DNA of 48,231 nt from Actinomycetota bacterium (GTDB lineage: Bacteria; Actinomycetota; Acidimicrobiia; IMCC26256; JACDBD01), in NCBI GenBank assembly GCA_046727755.1, contig JBKPDG010000002.1, forward strand, positions 1 through 48,231, in the 5' to 3' direction. The notes beneath the pieces are model-generated. The model saw only the letters and a list, made by a program, of their open reading frames with translations, was not told where the DNA came from and searched no databases. Positions 35,462 to 43,872 of this stretch are shown in pieces. The position numbers and the translations under genes were made by a program. Within the stretch, counting starts at the first letter, position 1. Each line of letters starts with the position of its first letter.

Positions 35462-36676
35462 TTACCCGCCCGTTGCGGCGTGGGCGAGCGCGTCCTCCCA
35501 CGAGGCGCGCTGGGCGATCAGGCGGCGGTACTGCATCACCACCCGCGGACGGCTGAAGCCGAGGGCGCCCACGAGCCGGCCGCCGCGCCCGAAGACGGCG
35601 ACGAACTTGTGCTCGTCGAGCGCCCCGTCGACGACCGCCACCTCGTCGTCGCCCCGGATGGCGCCGACGACCTGAATCTTCACGTCGTACTGGTCCGACC
35701 ACACGAACGGCACCGGCGCGAACACGTCGGCGGCGCTCGCGTCGTCGATGAGCAGCCGGCGTGCCGCCGCCACGCCCTGCTCGGTGGCGTTCGTCCAGTG
35801 CTCGACCCGCATGCTCTCCCCGTCGAAGAGTGGGTTGGGCCACCGGACGACATCTCCGGCCGCGACGACGCCCGGCGCGGCGAGGCACGTCGCGTCGCAC
35901 ACGACGCCGTCGTCGAGTGTGAGGCCGCTGCCCTCGAGCCAGCGCGTCTCCGGCACGACCCCGACGCCAACGACCACCAGGTCGGCATCGACGGCGGCGC
36001 CGTCGGCGGTCCGTACGCGCTCGACGCGATCGCCCCCTTCGAACCCCGCGACCGTGACCCCACAGCGCAGGTCGACACCGTGGTCCCGGTGCAGCCGACC
36101 GCACGCCGCGCCCACCGTGGGACCGATCGCCCGGGCCATCGGCGTCGGGAGCATCTCGAGCACCGTGACGTCGAGCCCCCGCCCCCGGCACGTCGCCGCC
36201 ACCTCCGAGCCGATGAAGCCGGCCCCGATCACGACGACGCGCGGGCGCGAGTCCAGGGCGGCGCGAATTGCGAGACAGTCGTCGAGCGTCCGGAGCACGA
36301 AGATGCCGTCGAGCGCGGGAGTGCCGGGGAGCGTGCGCGGGCGCGAACCGGTCGCGACGACCAGCCCGTCGAACGAGATCGTCTCGCCGCCATCGAGGGT
36401 GACGGCGCGCGACGCGACGTCGAGGCCGGTTGCGCGCCGGCGCAGCCGGAGGTCGAGCTCGAGGTCGTCGTACGGCTGCTTGCGCAGCGCGACCTGCTCC
36501 GGCTCCCACTCCCCCGCCAGCAGCTCCTTCGACAGGGGCGGACGGTCATACGGCAGGTGCGGCTCGGCGCCGACGAGCACGACCCGTTCGTCGTACCCGT
36601 CGTGTCGCAGGGTCTCGGCCGCGCGCAGCCCGGCGAGCGAGGCGCCGACGATGACGATCGTGCGCGGCGTGGCCAC
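35462..36676 (-). CDS. FAD-dependent ferredoxin/rubredoxin reductase-type NAD(P)H oxidoreductase
   Basis: 404-aa ORF containing TIVIVGASLAGLRAAETLR (FAD GxGxxG), YDRPPLSKE and VVVIGAGFIGSEVAA (NAD GxGxxG). Confidence 0.9.
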   Translation of the reverse strand: MATPRTIVIVGASLAGLRAAETLRHDGYDERVVLVGAEPHLPYDRPPLSKELLAGEWEPEQVALRKQPYDDLELDLRLRRRATGLDVASRAVTLDGGETISFDGLVVATGSRPRTLPGTPALDGIFVLRTLDDCLAIRAALDSRPRVVVIGAGFIGSEVAATCRGRGLDVTVLEMLPTPMARAIGPTVGAACGRLHRDHGVDLRCGVTVAGFEGGDRVERVRTADGAAVDADLVVVGVGVVPETRWLEGSGLTLDDGVVCDATCLAAPGVVAAGDVVRWPNPLFDGESMRVEHWTNATEQGVAAARRLLIDDASAADVFAPVPFVWSDQYDVKIQVVGAIRGDDEVAVVDGALDEHKFVAVFGRGGRLVGALGFSRPRVVMQYRRLIAQRASWEDALAHAATGG

Positions 36677-36778
36677 GGTGCCGGCACGCTAGCGCCGGGC
36701 GTGAAGTAGCAGAAAAACTGACTCCGACGTCATACTTAGAGAGCCGGCGGCCCTGACCGCGGGCAATCGGGAGCCTGC

Positions 36779-38920
36779 TTGCCTGCTTCTTCACGCGTCG
36801 ATGTGAGTGGCCGCGCCCTCGCGCTACGCGACGTCGACCTCGACCGGTTCCTGCACCCGCGGACCGTCGCCGTCATCGGCGCGTCCGAGGCGTCGCGCAA
36901 GCCCAACACCGCGATGACGCGCAAGATCAAGAGCTGGGCTGACGCCCATGGTGCGACCTTCTATCCGGTGCACCCGACGCACGAGACCGTGCTCGGTGAG
37001 CGTTGCTATCCGACCGTGTTCGACGTTCCCGGCGACCTCGACCTCGCCGTGATCCTCACGGGCAAAGCGGTGGACACGTTCGAGGAGGTGCTGCAGCGCA
37101 AGGCGGCGTTCGCGGTGATCTTCGCGGCCGGGTTCGCCGAAGCGGGCAAAGATGGCGAGAAGCTGCAAGCCCGCCTCGATGAGCTCGTGCGTGACGGCGA
37201 GGTCCATCTGCTCGGTCCCAATACGAACCTCAACGCGTTCGAGGAGTTCCGCGCCGACCTCACCGGCCCGTCGATCGCGCTCATCACCCAGAGCGGCCAC
37301 CAGGGACGGCCCGTGTTCCAAGGCCAGGAGATCGGCATCCGGCTCACGCATTGGGCGCCGACGGGCAACGAGGTCGATCTCGAGTTCGCCGACTTCGCCC
37401 GCTATTTCGCCGATCAGCCGGACGTCGGCGTGATCGCGGCGTACGTCGAGGGGTTCAAGGACGGCCGCACGCTCATGCTCGCCGCCGACCACGCCGCACA
37501 GTTGAAGAAGCCGATGGTGGTGGTGAAGGTGGGGCGCACCGACGAAGGCGAGTCGATGGCCATGGCCCACACCGGCCATCTCACGGGCTCGGACGCGGTG
37601 ACGTCGGCGGTGTTCCGCCAGTTCGGGATCACCCGGGCCGAGGGACTCGACGACCTGCTCGACACGGCCGCGGCGCTCGCGCGCACGAAGCCGGCCGGCG
37701 GCGATGGTGTGGGCATCTACGCGATCTCGGGCGGCACCGGCGCGCACATGGCAGACATGATTGCGGCGGCCGGACTGCGCATTCCTACCCTCGCTCGGGC
37801 CACGCAGCGCGCCCTGCACGACGGGCTCATCCCCGGATACCTGCGCGTCTCGAACCCCGTCGACTGCGGCGGCCCGCCCGTCGCCGACCCGCGCGGCCGT
37901 CGCATCCTCGACCTGCTCGTCGCCGATCAGAACGTCGACCTCCTTGTCGTTCCCATCACGGGCGCGGTGGAGATGTTCAGCGAGCCGTTCACCCGCGACC
38001 TCGTCGAGGTGGCGAAGACCACCGACAAGCCCATCTTCGTGATCTGGGGCGCTCCCGCGGGTACGGACGACACCTTCTACTTCCGCCTCCTCGACGGTGG
38101 TTTACCTGTGTTCCGCACGTTCGCGAACTGCGTGAAAGCGGTGCGGGCCTACGTCGACTACTGGGACTTCGCGGCGCGGTACCGGCCGCCGTTCGCGGAC
38201 GCGCCCACCGGGCCGTTACGGGCCGCGGCGGAGGCGCGCCGAATTCTCGCCGACGCGGCGCCGAGCGGAGCGCTCTCCGAGCACGCATCGAAGCAGATCC
38301 TCGCCATGTACGGCGTCCGCTCGAGCCGCGACGCCCTGTGTGCGAGCGCGGCACAGGCAGTGGCGGCGGCGAAGCGGGTCGGCTTCCCCGTCGTGATGAA
38401 GGTGTCGTCACCCGCCCTCACCCACAAGAGCGACCTCGGGCTCGTACGGGTCGGCGTCGGAACGGCGCGCGACGTCCGCAGCGTGTACGACGAGCTCATG
38501 GCCAAGGCTCGGCGCGCGGCCGGAAAGCGCGGTGCGGTCGACGGCGTGCTGGTGTGCGAGACGGTGACCGGCGGGGTGGAGACCGTTGTCGGCGTCTCGC
38601 AGGACCCGCTCTTCGGCCCGGTGGTCATGGTCGGTCTCGGCGGCGTGTTCGTCGAGGTGTTACGGGACGTGACGTTCCGGGTCCCGCCGTTCGGACGCGA
38701 CGAGGCGGAGCGAATGGTGCGCGAGCTGCAGGGCTACCCGCTGCTGGAAGGCGCACGAGGTGCGAAGCCCGCGGACGTGGGCGCGCTCGTCGAGGTCATC
38801 ATGCAGGTGCAGCGCCTGGCGATGGACCTCGCCGGCGACGTACGGGAGGTTGACATCAATCCGCTGATCGTGCGGCCGCGTGGTGCGGTCGCCCTCGATG
38901 CCCTGGTGGTGCGCACATGA
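36779..38920 (+). CDS. ADP-forming acyl-CoA synthetase (acetate-CoA ligase family; CoA-binding + ATP-grasp fusion)
   Basis: 713-aa ORF containing FLHPRTVAVIGASEASRKP (CoA-binding), the phosphohistidine loop AMAHTGHLTGS and a C-terminal ATP-grasp (VVMKVSSPALTHKSDLGLV). The start is TTG 36779 or GTG 36803. Confidence 0.9.
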   Translation: MPASSRVDVSGRALALRDVDLDRFLHPRTVAVIGASEASRKPNTAMTRKIKSWADAHGATFYPVHPTHETVLGERCYPTVFDVPGDLDLAVILTGKAVDTFEEVLQRKAAFAVIFAAGFAEAGKDGEKLQARLDELVRDGEVHLLGPNTNLNAFEEFRADLTGPSIALITQSGHQGRPVFQGQEIGIRLTHWAPTGNEVDLEFADFARYFADQPDVGVIAAYVEGFKDGRTLMLAADHAAQLKKPMVVVKVGRTDEGESMAMAHTGHLTGSDAVTSAVFRQFGITRAEGLDDLLDTAAALARTKPAGGDGVGIYAISGGTGAHMADMIAAAGLRIPTLARATQRALHDGLIPGYLRVSNPVDCGGPPVADPRGRRILDLLVADQNVDLLVVPITGAVEMFSEPFTRDLVEVAKTTDKPIFVIWGAPAGTDDTFYFRLLDGGLPVFRTFANCVKAVRAYVDYWDFAARYRPPFADAPTGPLRAAAEARRILADAAPSGALSEHASKQILAMYGVRSSRDALCASAAQAVAAAKRVGFPVVMKVSSPALTHKSDLGLVRVGVGTARDVRSVYDELMAKARRAAGKRGAVDGVLVCETVTGGVETVVGVSQDPLFGPVVMVGLGGVFVEVLRDVTFRVPPFGRDEAERMVRELQGYPLLEGARGAKPADVGALVEVIMQVQRLAMDLAGDVREVDINPLIVRPRGAVALDALVVRT

Positions 38921-39738
38921 GCGAGACGATCGAGGATGTCCAGCGTCGCTTGGAGGGCGGCGTCCTCTGGATCACTCTGAACCGACCCGACGCCGGCAAC
39001 GCCATGACCGTCGCCATGCGCAACGAGATGATCGACTGGCTCGATGACGCCTCGGTGGACGCGTCGGTGCGAGCGGTGGTCATCACGGGCCGGGGCGAAA
39101 AGGGCTTCTGCACCGGCGCCGACCTCCGCGAGGCGCGTCCGCCGTTGGAGAAGCCGGAGGGTGCGCCCGACATGATCGTGGGCGACGCCGGTCGCACGAT
39201 CCAACGGGGGTTCCAACGGTTGATCGCGTCGATCCTCGACTGCGAGAAGCCGGTGATCGCGGGCGTGAACGGCACCGCCGCCGGCGGTGGCATGCACCTC
39301 GCGCTCGCAAGCGACCTCGTGATCATGGCCGAGGAAGCCCGCTTCATCTCTGTGTTCGTACGGCGCGCCATCCTGCCCGACGCCGGTGGCCCCTACCTGC
39401 TCACGCGTCTCGTCGGGCCGCAGAAGGCGAAGGAGCTGTTCTTCTTCGGCGACGACGTGTCGGCGGCCGAGGCCGAGCGCATCGGCCTCGCGAACAAGGT
39501 CGTGCCTCGGGCCGAGCTCGACAAGACACTGGGCGAGTGGGCCGGGCGTCTCGCCCGGCAGCCGACGCGCGCGATCGCGTTCACGAAGTGGCTGACCAAC
39601 CGGGCGCTCGAGACCGATCGCACGGGCGCGTTCTGGGAGGAGGCGTACGCGCAAGAGCTCGTGACGCGTTCCGAGGACACCCAGGAGGGCCGGGCGAGCT
39701 TCGTCGAGCGCCGGCCACCCGAGTTCAAGGGCTGGTAA
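38917..39738 (+). CDS. Enoyl-CoA hydratase/isomerase (crotonase family)
   Basis: 273-aa ORF containing VLWITLNRPDAGNAM...ITGRGEKGFCTGADL...IAGVNGTAAGGGMHLALASD. It has an ATGA overlap with the upstream gene. Confidence 0.9.
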   Translation: MSETIEDVQRRLEGGVLWITLNRPDAGNAMTVAMRNEMIDWLDDASVDASVRAVVITGRGEKGFCTGADLREARPPLEKPEGAPDMIVGDAGRTIQRGFQRLIASILDCEKPVIAGVNGTAAGGGMHLALASDLVIMAEEARFISVFVRRAILPDAGGPYLLTRLVGPQKAKELFFFGDDVSAAEAERIGLANKVVPRAELDKTLGEWAGRLARQPTRAIAFTKWLTNRALETDRTGAFWEEAYAQELVTRSEDTQEGRASFVERRPPEFKGW

Positions 39739-39742
39739 CCCG

Positions 39743-40900
39743 ATGGGAGGACCGCTCGCCGACCGGACCGCGATCGTCGGCATCGGACAGACCCCGTTCG
39801 CCAAGGGGTTGCCGGACTCGGAGCTTTCGCTGGCGTGCCAGGCGATCGCGGCCGCGCTCGACGACGCCGCGATCGCACCGAGCGAGGTCGATGGGCTGGC
39901 GATGTTCTCGATGGAGGACGGGCGCGAGGTCGACGTCGCCCGCAACGTCGGTCTCGGCGACATCACGTTCTTCTCGGAGGTCGGCTACGGCGGCGGCGCC
40001 GGGTGCGGCGCCGTCGGGCACGCCGCCATGGCCGTCGCCACCGGGCAGTGCAACGTCGCGGTGGCATGGCGGGCGCGCAAGCGCGCCGCGAAGGGCAGCC
40101 GCCCGTGGGCGCAGGTCAGCCGGCGAGTCACCGGTCACTGGCAGTGGAGCCGCCCGTTCGGCGTCGTGCGCCCGGTCGACGAGATCGCGCTGCTGACCCG
40201 GCGCTACATGCACGAGTTCGGCGCAACGCGCGAGCACCTCGCCAACGTCGCCGTCGCGTTCCGTAAGCACGCCAATCGCAACCCGGCTGCCACCATGCAC
40301 GACAAGCCGCTCACCCGCGAGCAGTACATGGACGCCCGCTGGATCTCCGAGCCGCTGTGCCTGTTCGACAATTGCCTGGAGACCGACGGCGCGCTGGCGG
40401 CGGTGATCGTCTCGGCCGAGCGGGCGAAGGACCTGCCGCAGCCGCCGGCCTACGTGCACGCCTTCGCGCAGAGCATCCCGCAGCAGCACCAGGTGATGAC
40501 CAACTACTTCAACGACGACCCGCTGCTCGGACCGTCGTACGCGTGCGCGGAACGCCTGTGGGCACAGGCCGACGTGACGCCCGCCGACGTCCCCGTCGCC
40601 CAGATCTACGACGCGTTCAGCCCGCTGATCCCGCTCTCGCTCGAGGGGTACGGATTCTGCGCCCGGGGGGAGGGCGCCGCGTTCACCGACGACGGCGCGC
40701 TCGAATGGCCCGACGGTCGGCTACCGACGAACACGTCCGGCGGCGGGATGTCCGAGGCGTACGTGCACGGTTTCAACCTCGTGCTCGAGGCCGTGCGCCA
40801 GGTGCGGGGAACATCGACGAGCCAGGTCGACGGGGCCGAGACATGTCTGGTGACCAGCGGCGAGGGCGTCCCGACGAGCGCGCTCCTGTTGCGGAGGTAG
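39743..40900 (+). CDS. Thiolase-fold SCPx/lipid-transfer-protein (Ltp)-type enzyme
   Basis: 385-aa ORF containing TAIVGIGQTPFAKG...ALDDAAIAPSEVDGL... and the C-terminal NTSGGGMSEAYVHGFNLVLEAVRQVRG, typical of non-specific lipid-transfer/thiolase-like proteins. Confidence 0.9.
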   Translation: MGGPLADRTAIVGIGQTPFAKGLPDSELSLACQAIAAALDDAAIAPSEVDGLAMFSMEDGREVDVARNVGLGDITFFSEVGYGGGAGCGAVGHAAMAVATGQCNVAVAWRARKRAAKGSRPWAQVSRRVTGHWQWSRPFGVVRPVDEIALLTRRYMHEFGATREHLANVAVAFRKHANRNPAATMHDKPLTREQYMDARWISEPLCLFDNCLETDGALAAVIVSAERAKDLPQPPAYVHAFAQSIPQQHQVMTNYFNDDPLLGPSYACAERLWAQADVTPADVPVAQIYDAFSPLIPLSLEGYGFCARGEGAAFTDDGALEWPDGRLPTNTSGGGMSEAYVHGFNLVLEAVRQVRGTSTSQVDGAETCLVTSGEGVPTSALLLRR

Positions 40901-40905
40901 GCGCG

Positions 40906-41340
40906 ATGGAGGCTCAGTTCCTTCTCCCCGACGTCGAGGATCCGGACGCGGCCGAGTTCTGGGCCGGCTGCGCGCGCGGCGAGCTCCTCGTGCAGACGTG
41001 CGCGAACTGCGGATTGCGCCGCATGCCGCCCCGACCGATGTGCCCGCGGTGCCGGTCGCTCAAGTTCCGGTGGGACGAGATGTCGGGACGCGGGACGATC
41101 TGGTCGTTCATCGTGCCGCACCCGCCGTTGCTCCCCGCCTACCAGGAGCCCGCGCCGTACAACGTGATCATCGTCACGCTCGACGAAGACCCGACGCTGC
41201 GCATGGTCGGCAACCTCGTCGAGGGCCCTGAGGGCGCGATCAACGAGATCGACCCGGCTACGATTCAGATTGGCGACGCCGTGCGCGTCGTGTTCCACCG
41301 CGTGGAGGACGTCGCGCTCCCCCGCTGGGTTCGCGCCTGA
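40906..41340 (+). CDS. DUF35 OB-fold / zinc-ribbon protein (thiolase partner)
   Basis: The ATG at 40906 (GGAGG upstream) gives MEAQFLLPDVEDPDAAEFWAGCARGELLVQTCANCGLRRMPPRPMCPRCRS (4-Cys ribbon) ...WSFIV...YNVIIVTLDE. The ORF-track start at 40357 is over-extended. Confidence 0.9.
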   Translation: MEAQFLLPDVEDPDAAEFWAGCARGELLVQTCANCGLRRMPPRPMCPRCRSLKFRWDEMSGRGTIWSFIVPHPPLLPAYQEPAPYNVIIVTLDEDPTLRMVGNLVEGPEGAINEIDPATIQIGDAVRVVFHRVEDVALPRWVRA

Positions 41341-41351
41341 GCGACGTCTCG

Positions 41352-41947
41352 TCAGCCGGTCACACGCGGCGTCACCGGTACCGCGACGGCGGCTGCGGCA
41401 CCGGGAGCCGGCACCGGAGGCCCGACTGCCGGCGGCGCAGGCGGCGGACTCGTCGTTACCGGCGGCTTCGCGGTCGTCGGCGGGCTCGTCGTCGTCGGCG
41501 GGGTGGTCGTCGTCGGCGGGATGGTCTTCGTCGGTGGTACCTCAGAACCGAAGCAGATCGTGATATGGCTCGGAATGCCCCCCATCCAACGGAGCGTTGC
41601 TGGCGGCGGTACCTGAGAGCACCGGCGGATCGAACGTTGTCACCGCGTTGGGTTGATTGCCCTTGACGACGATGAACGCCGCGACTGGCACCGTAGAAAC
41701 ACAGTTGATGAAACCTGGAGCGCCGTTCGAGAGGGTGATCGTCCCACCCCCAGGAATGGTGTAGGTCCCCTCCGCCACCCTTCCACCCCGCGTCTTCGCG
41801 CGATTCGAAGGCGACCCCTGTGGCCTCGCACTTTTCCTGCGCGCCTCCGTAGGCACGCGTTGCCAACGACACAATCCGGCCACAAAGCCTTGCATGCGCC
41901 CGATTGCCCCATTTCATGCCCTGGACAGTCTGGGTATTCCGCGCCAA
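41352..41947 (-). pseudogene. Frame-broken ORF with a beta-rich body and a Pro/Thr-repeat tail (three overlapping reading frames)
   Basis: Frame C (41947->) reads MARNTQ...YGGAQEKCEATGVAFESREDAGWKGGGG. Frame A (41895->41542) reads ...GTYTIPGGGTITLSNGAPGFINCVSTVPVAAFIVVKGNQPNAVTTFDPPVLSGTAASNAPLDGG. Frame B (41585->41352) reads GGIPSHITICFGSEVPPTKTIPPTTTTPPTTTSPPTTAKPPVTTSPPP.... The A-to-B switch coincides with a G6 run (plus-strand C6 at 41578-41583). Confidence 0.35.
41430..41537 (-). repeat. Imperfect 18-nt tandem repeat (about 6 units) encoding PPT[TK]T[TSI]
   Basis: Minus-strand units: ccaccgacgaagaccatc / ccgccgacgacgaccacc / ccgccgacgacgacgagc / ccgccgacgaccgcgaag / ccgccggtaacgacgagt / ccgccgcctgcgccgccg. 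Confidence 0.7.
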
Positions 41948-42063
41948 GTCGTGCCAGCGGCGAACTCGTTAGCATCCGCCATTCGGAGCGATCGAGGACG
42001 TCATGGTCCACGTCATGAGCGGACAAGTCAGCGAGCAATTCGAAGCGCAAGTCATCGGCTGAC

Positions 42064-42636
42064 GTGGCGACAACGGAGTTCGCCGAGGTGCTCGCGGCCG
42101 CCCAAGAGGGTGCGCATTGGGCGATCGCGGTTCTTTGGCAGGAAATGCACTCACGATTGCTGCGGTTCCTACGCGGGTTGGATCCGGCAGCAGCAGAAGA
42201 CATCGAGGCCGACACCTGGCTCGTGGCCGCTCGAGACCTGTCGAACTTCCGCGGCGATGACAAGCAGTTCCGCGCGTGGATGTTCACCATCGCTCGGAAC
42301 CGTCTCATCGACTGGCGACGGCGTGAGGCGCGGCGACGAAGCGTCGCGGTAGCCCCAGAGATGTTGGGCGAGCATCCCGCCGAAGATGACCCAGCCGTGA
42401 CCGCCGTCGACGTACTAAGAGCCGACGCCGCCGTGGCACTGGTTCGTGCGTGCTTGCCGCGCGATCAGGCCGAGGTGATCCTGCTCCGCGTGCTCGCGGG
42501 TCTCGACGTGGACGAGGTCGCTTCGATCGTGGGCAAGCGCCCGGGGAACGTACGCGTTCTCCAGCACCGTGGCCTCCGGCGACTCGCCGAGACCATGGCC
42601 CACGAGACCCCCGATCGCCGAGGTGTAACGAGATGA
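42064..42636 (+). CDS. ECF-type RNA polymerase sigma-70 family factor
   Basis: 190-aa ORF (GTG start). Region 2 is EDIEADTWLVAARDLSNFRGDDKQFRAWMFTIARNRLIDWRRRE. Region 4 is VILLRVLAGLDVDEVASIVGKRPGNVRVLQHRGLRRL. Confidence 0.9.
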   Translation: MATTEFAEVLAAAQEGAHWAIAVLWQEMHSRLLRFLRGLDPAAAEDIEADTWLVAARDLSNFRGDDKQFRAWMFTIARNRLIDWRRREARRRSVAVAPEMLGEHPAEDDPAVTAVDVLRADAAVALVRACLPRDQAEVILLRVLAGLDVDEVASIVGKRPGNVRVLQHRGLRRLAETMAHETPDRRGVTR

Positions 42637-43322
42637 CCTCCCGCGACGGTTTCCCGCGTGACATGGGTCGGTTCGCTCTCGACGCCGGCACGGCCGAGCG
42701 TCTCGTGACCGGTGCGGTGGACGTCGCCGACGCGCCGCCTGCGTACCGGGGAGTTGCGTGCACGTTGCAAGCGCTGCGGGAAGCTCCGGACAGCCCGGAG
42801 CTCTTTGGTGAGCCGGCCGCGGTCGAGCAGATCGCGGCCGCCGTCGCCCTCGAGCAGCGCGCCAGCGCGGCACCGCGCTCCCGACGCCGCCGCTCACCGG
42901 TGGGTCGGCTCGCGGCCGGGGCCGTCGCGGCCTTGGGACTCTTCGTGACCGGGGGACTCGCGTCGGCGGGGGCGCTGCCCGAACCGGCCCAGAACGTCGC
43001 GTCCGAAGTGCTGGGAGCGGTGGGCATCTCGGTTCCTGCCGGCACCGACGATCCCGCCGGCGACGTGCCCCCGATCCCGACGTCCAGCCCGGCGCCGTCG
43101 CCCGCGCCGACTCCGGGCCTGTCGAGCCCGAGCGCGCCGACCCAGAGCGTCCCCGCTACTCCCCGCGACCCTTCAAGCTCGAGCCCGCCCGGCAACGAGC
43201 GAGGCGATGCCGACGACAAACCAGATAGCGGCACTGGCCCGGAGCCGGCGAAGGGTCGGGGGAATCCGCATTCCCCAGACGGCGCGCCCAAAGGCGCTAG
43301 TGGGAAAGACCACGATCGGTAG
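42633..43322 (+). CDS. Putative anti-sigma factor (single-pass membrane, Pro/Ser-rich extracytoplasmic tail)
   Basis: The ATG at 42633 overlaps the sigma TGA (ATGA). The product is about 229 aa: a cytoplasmic N-domain, one TM helix (LAAGAVAALGLFVTGGLASAGAL), then a P/S/T-rich low-complexity tail. No HxxxCxxC zinc motif is visible. The assignment rests on context. Confidence 0.65.
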   Translation: MTSRDGFPRDMGRFALDAGTAERLVTGAVDVADAPPAYRGVACTLQALREAPDSPELFGEPAAVEQIAAAVALEQRASAAPRSRRRRSPVGRLAAGAVAALGLFVTGGLASAGALPEPAQNVASEVLGAVGISVPAGTDDPAGDVPPIPTSSPAPSPAPTPGLSSPSAPTQSVPATPRDPSSSSPPGNERGDADDKPDSGTGPEPAKGRGNPHSPDGAPKGASGKDHDR

Positions 43323-43410
43323 CGCGCTGTAACGCGGCGGGCTCCCGGAACGTTCTACTCGCTCGACAACGGCGCGCACCCTCGTCGAGGCGGTCGCGAC
43401 CCACGACGCT

Positions 43411-43457
43411 TCTGAGTTCTCTAGGCCGACGCCCGGTCGCCGGCCTAGAGACTCAGG
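43411..43457. other. Long bulged hairpin (about 17 bp) in a 550-nt non-coding gap
   Basis: tctgag(t)tctctaggccg - acgcccggtcgc - cggcctagaga-ctcagg: an 11-bp stem, a 1-nt bulge, 5-6 more bp and a 12-nt loop. It lies 89 nt downstream of the anti-sigma stop. Confidence 0.45.
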
Positions 43458-43872
43458 AGATCCTTCTTCGCTCGTGGCTCTCAGTTTCCGGCGACGGTCA
43501 TGCCAAGTCCGGGCGTGTAACGCGAGCGGCCCCGAGGTCGTTGTAGCGCGAACGGGCCCCGGGCCGGGTCTCCGTCCCAGAAGGTAGAACAGAGCCCTCA
43601 CCCGGGGTCCGATCTCGGACGTTATTGCACCATTCGCGCAGTCGCAACGAACCGGGTGGAACCTCGGCTTGGCGGCCAGGCTCTCTGCGAGCGGATCATC
43701 GCGACGTGCGGTGCGGTTTGCCTTCAAGCGGGCGGAGGACGATGTCCTCCACCCGCCGAAGAGAAATTGCTCGACGCGCGATCGATCAGCCGGTGAACCG
43801 CGCCTGACCGACGACCGCACCCGGGGCCGTGACTTGCCCCGGCGGACCATCAACGATTCAACGGCGTTTAGG

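Noticed and set aside
43351-43590. Additional KstR-like half-sites (GAACGTTCTA near 43353; TAGAAC near 43586).
   Set aside because: They lack the AAC-NN-GTT spacing or the second half-site, and they are not in a promoter context.
43173-43853. 226-aa minus-strand ORF and 60-126-aa plus-strand ORFs filling the 43323-43872 gap.
   Set aside because: They are Arg/Ser-rich and have no motifs or hydrophobic core pattern. The 226-aa ORF also overlaps the anti-sigma 3' end antisense. The region is treated as non-coding.
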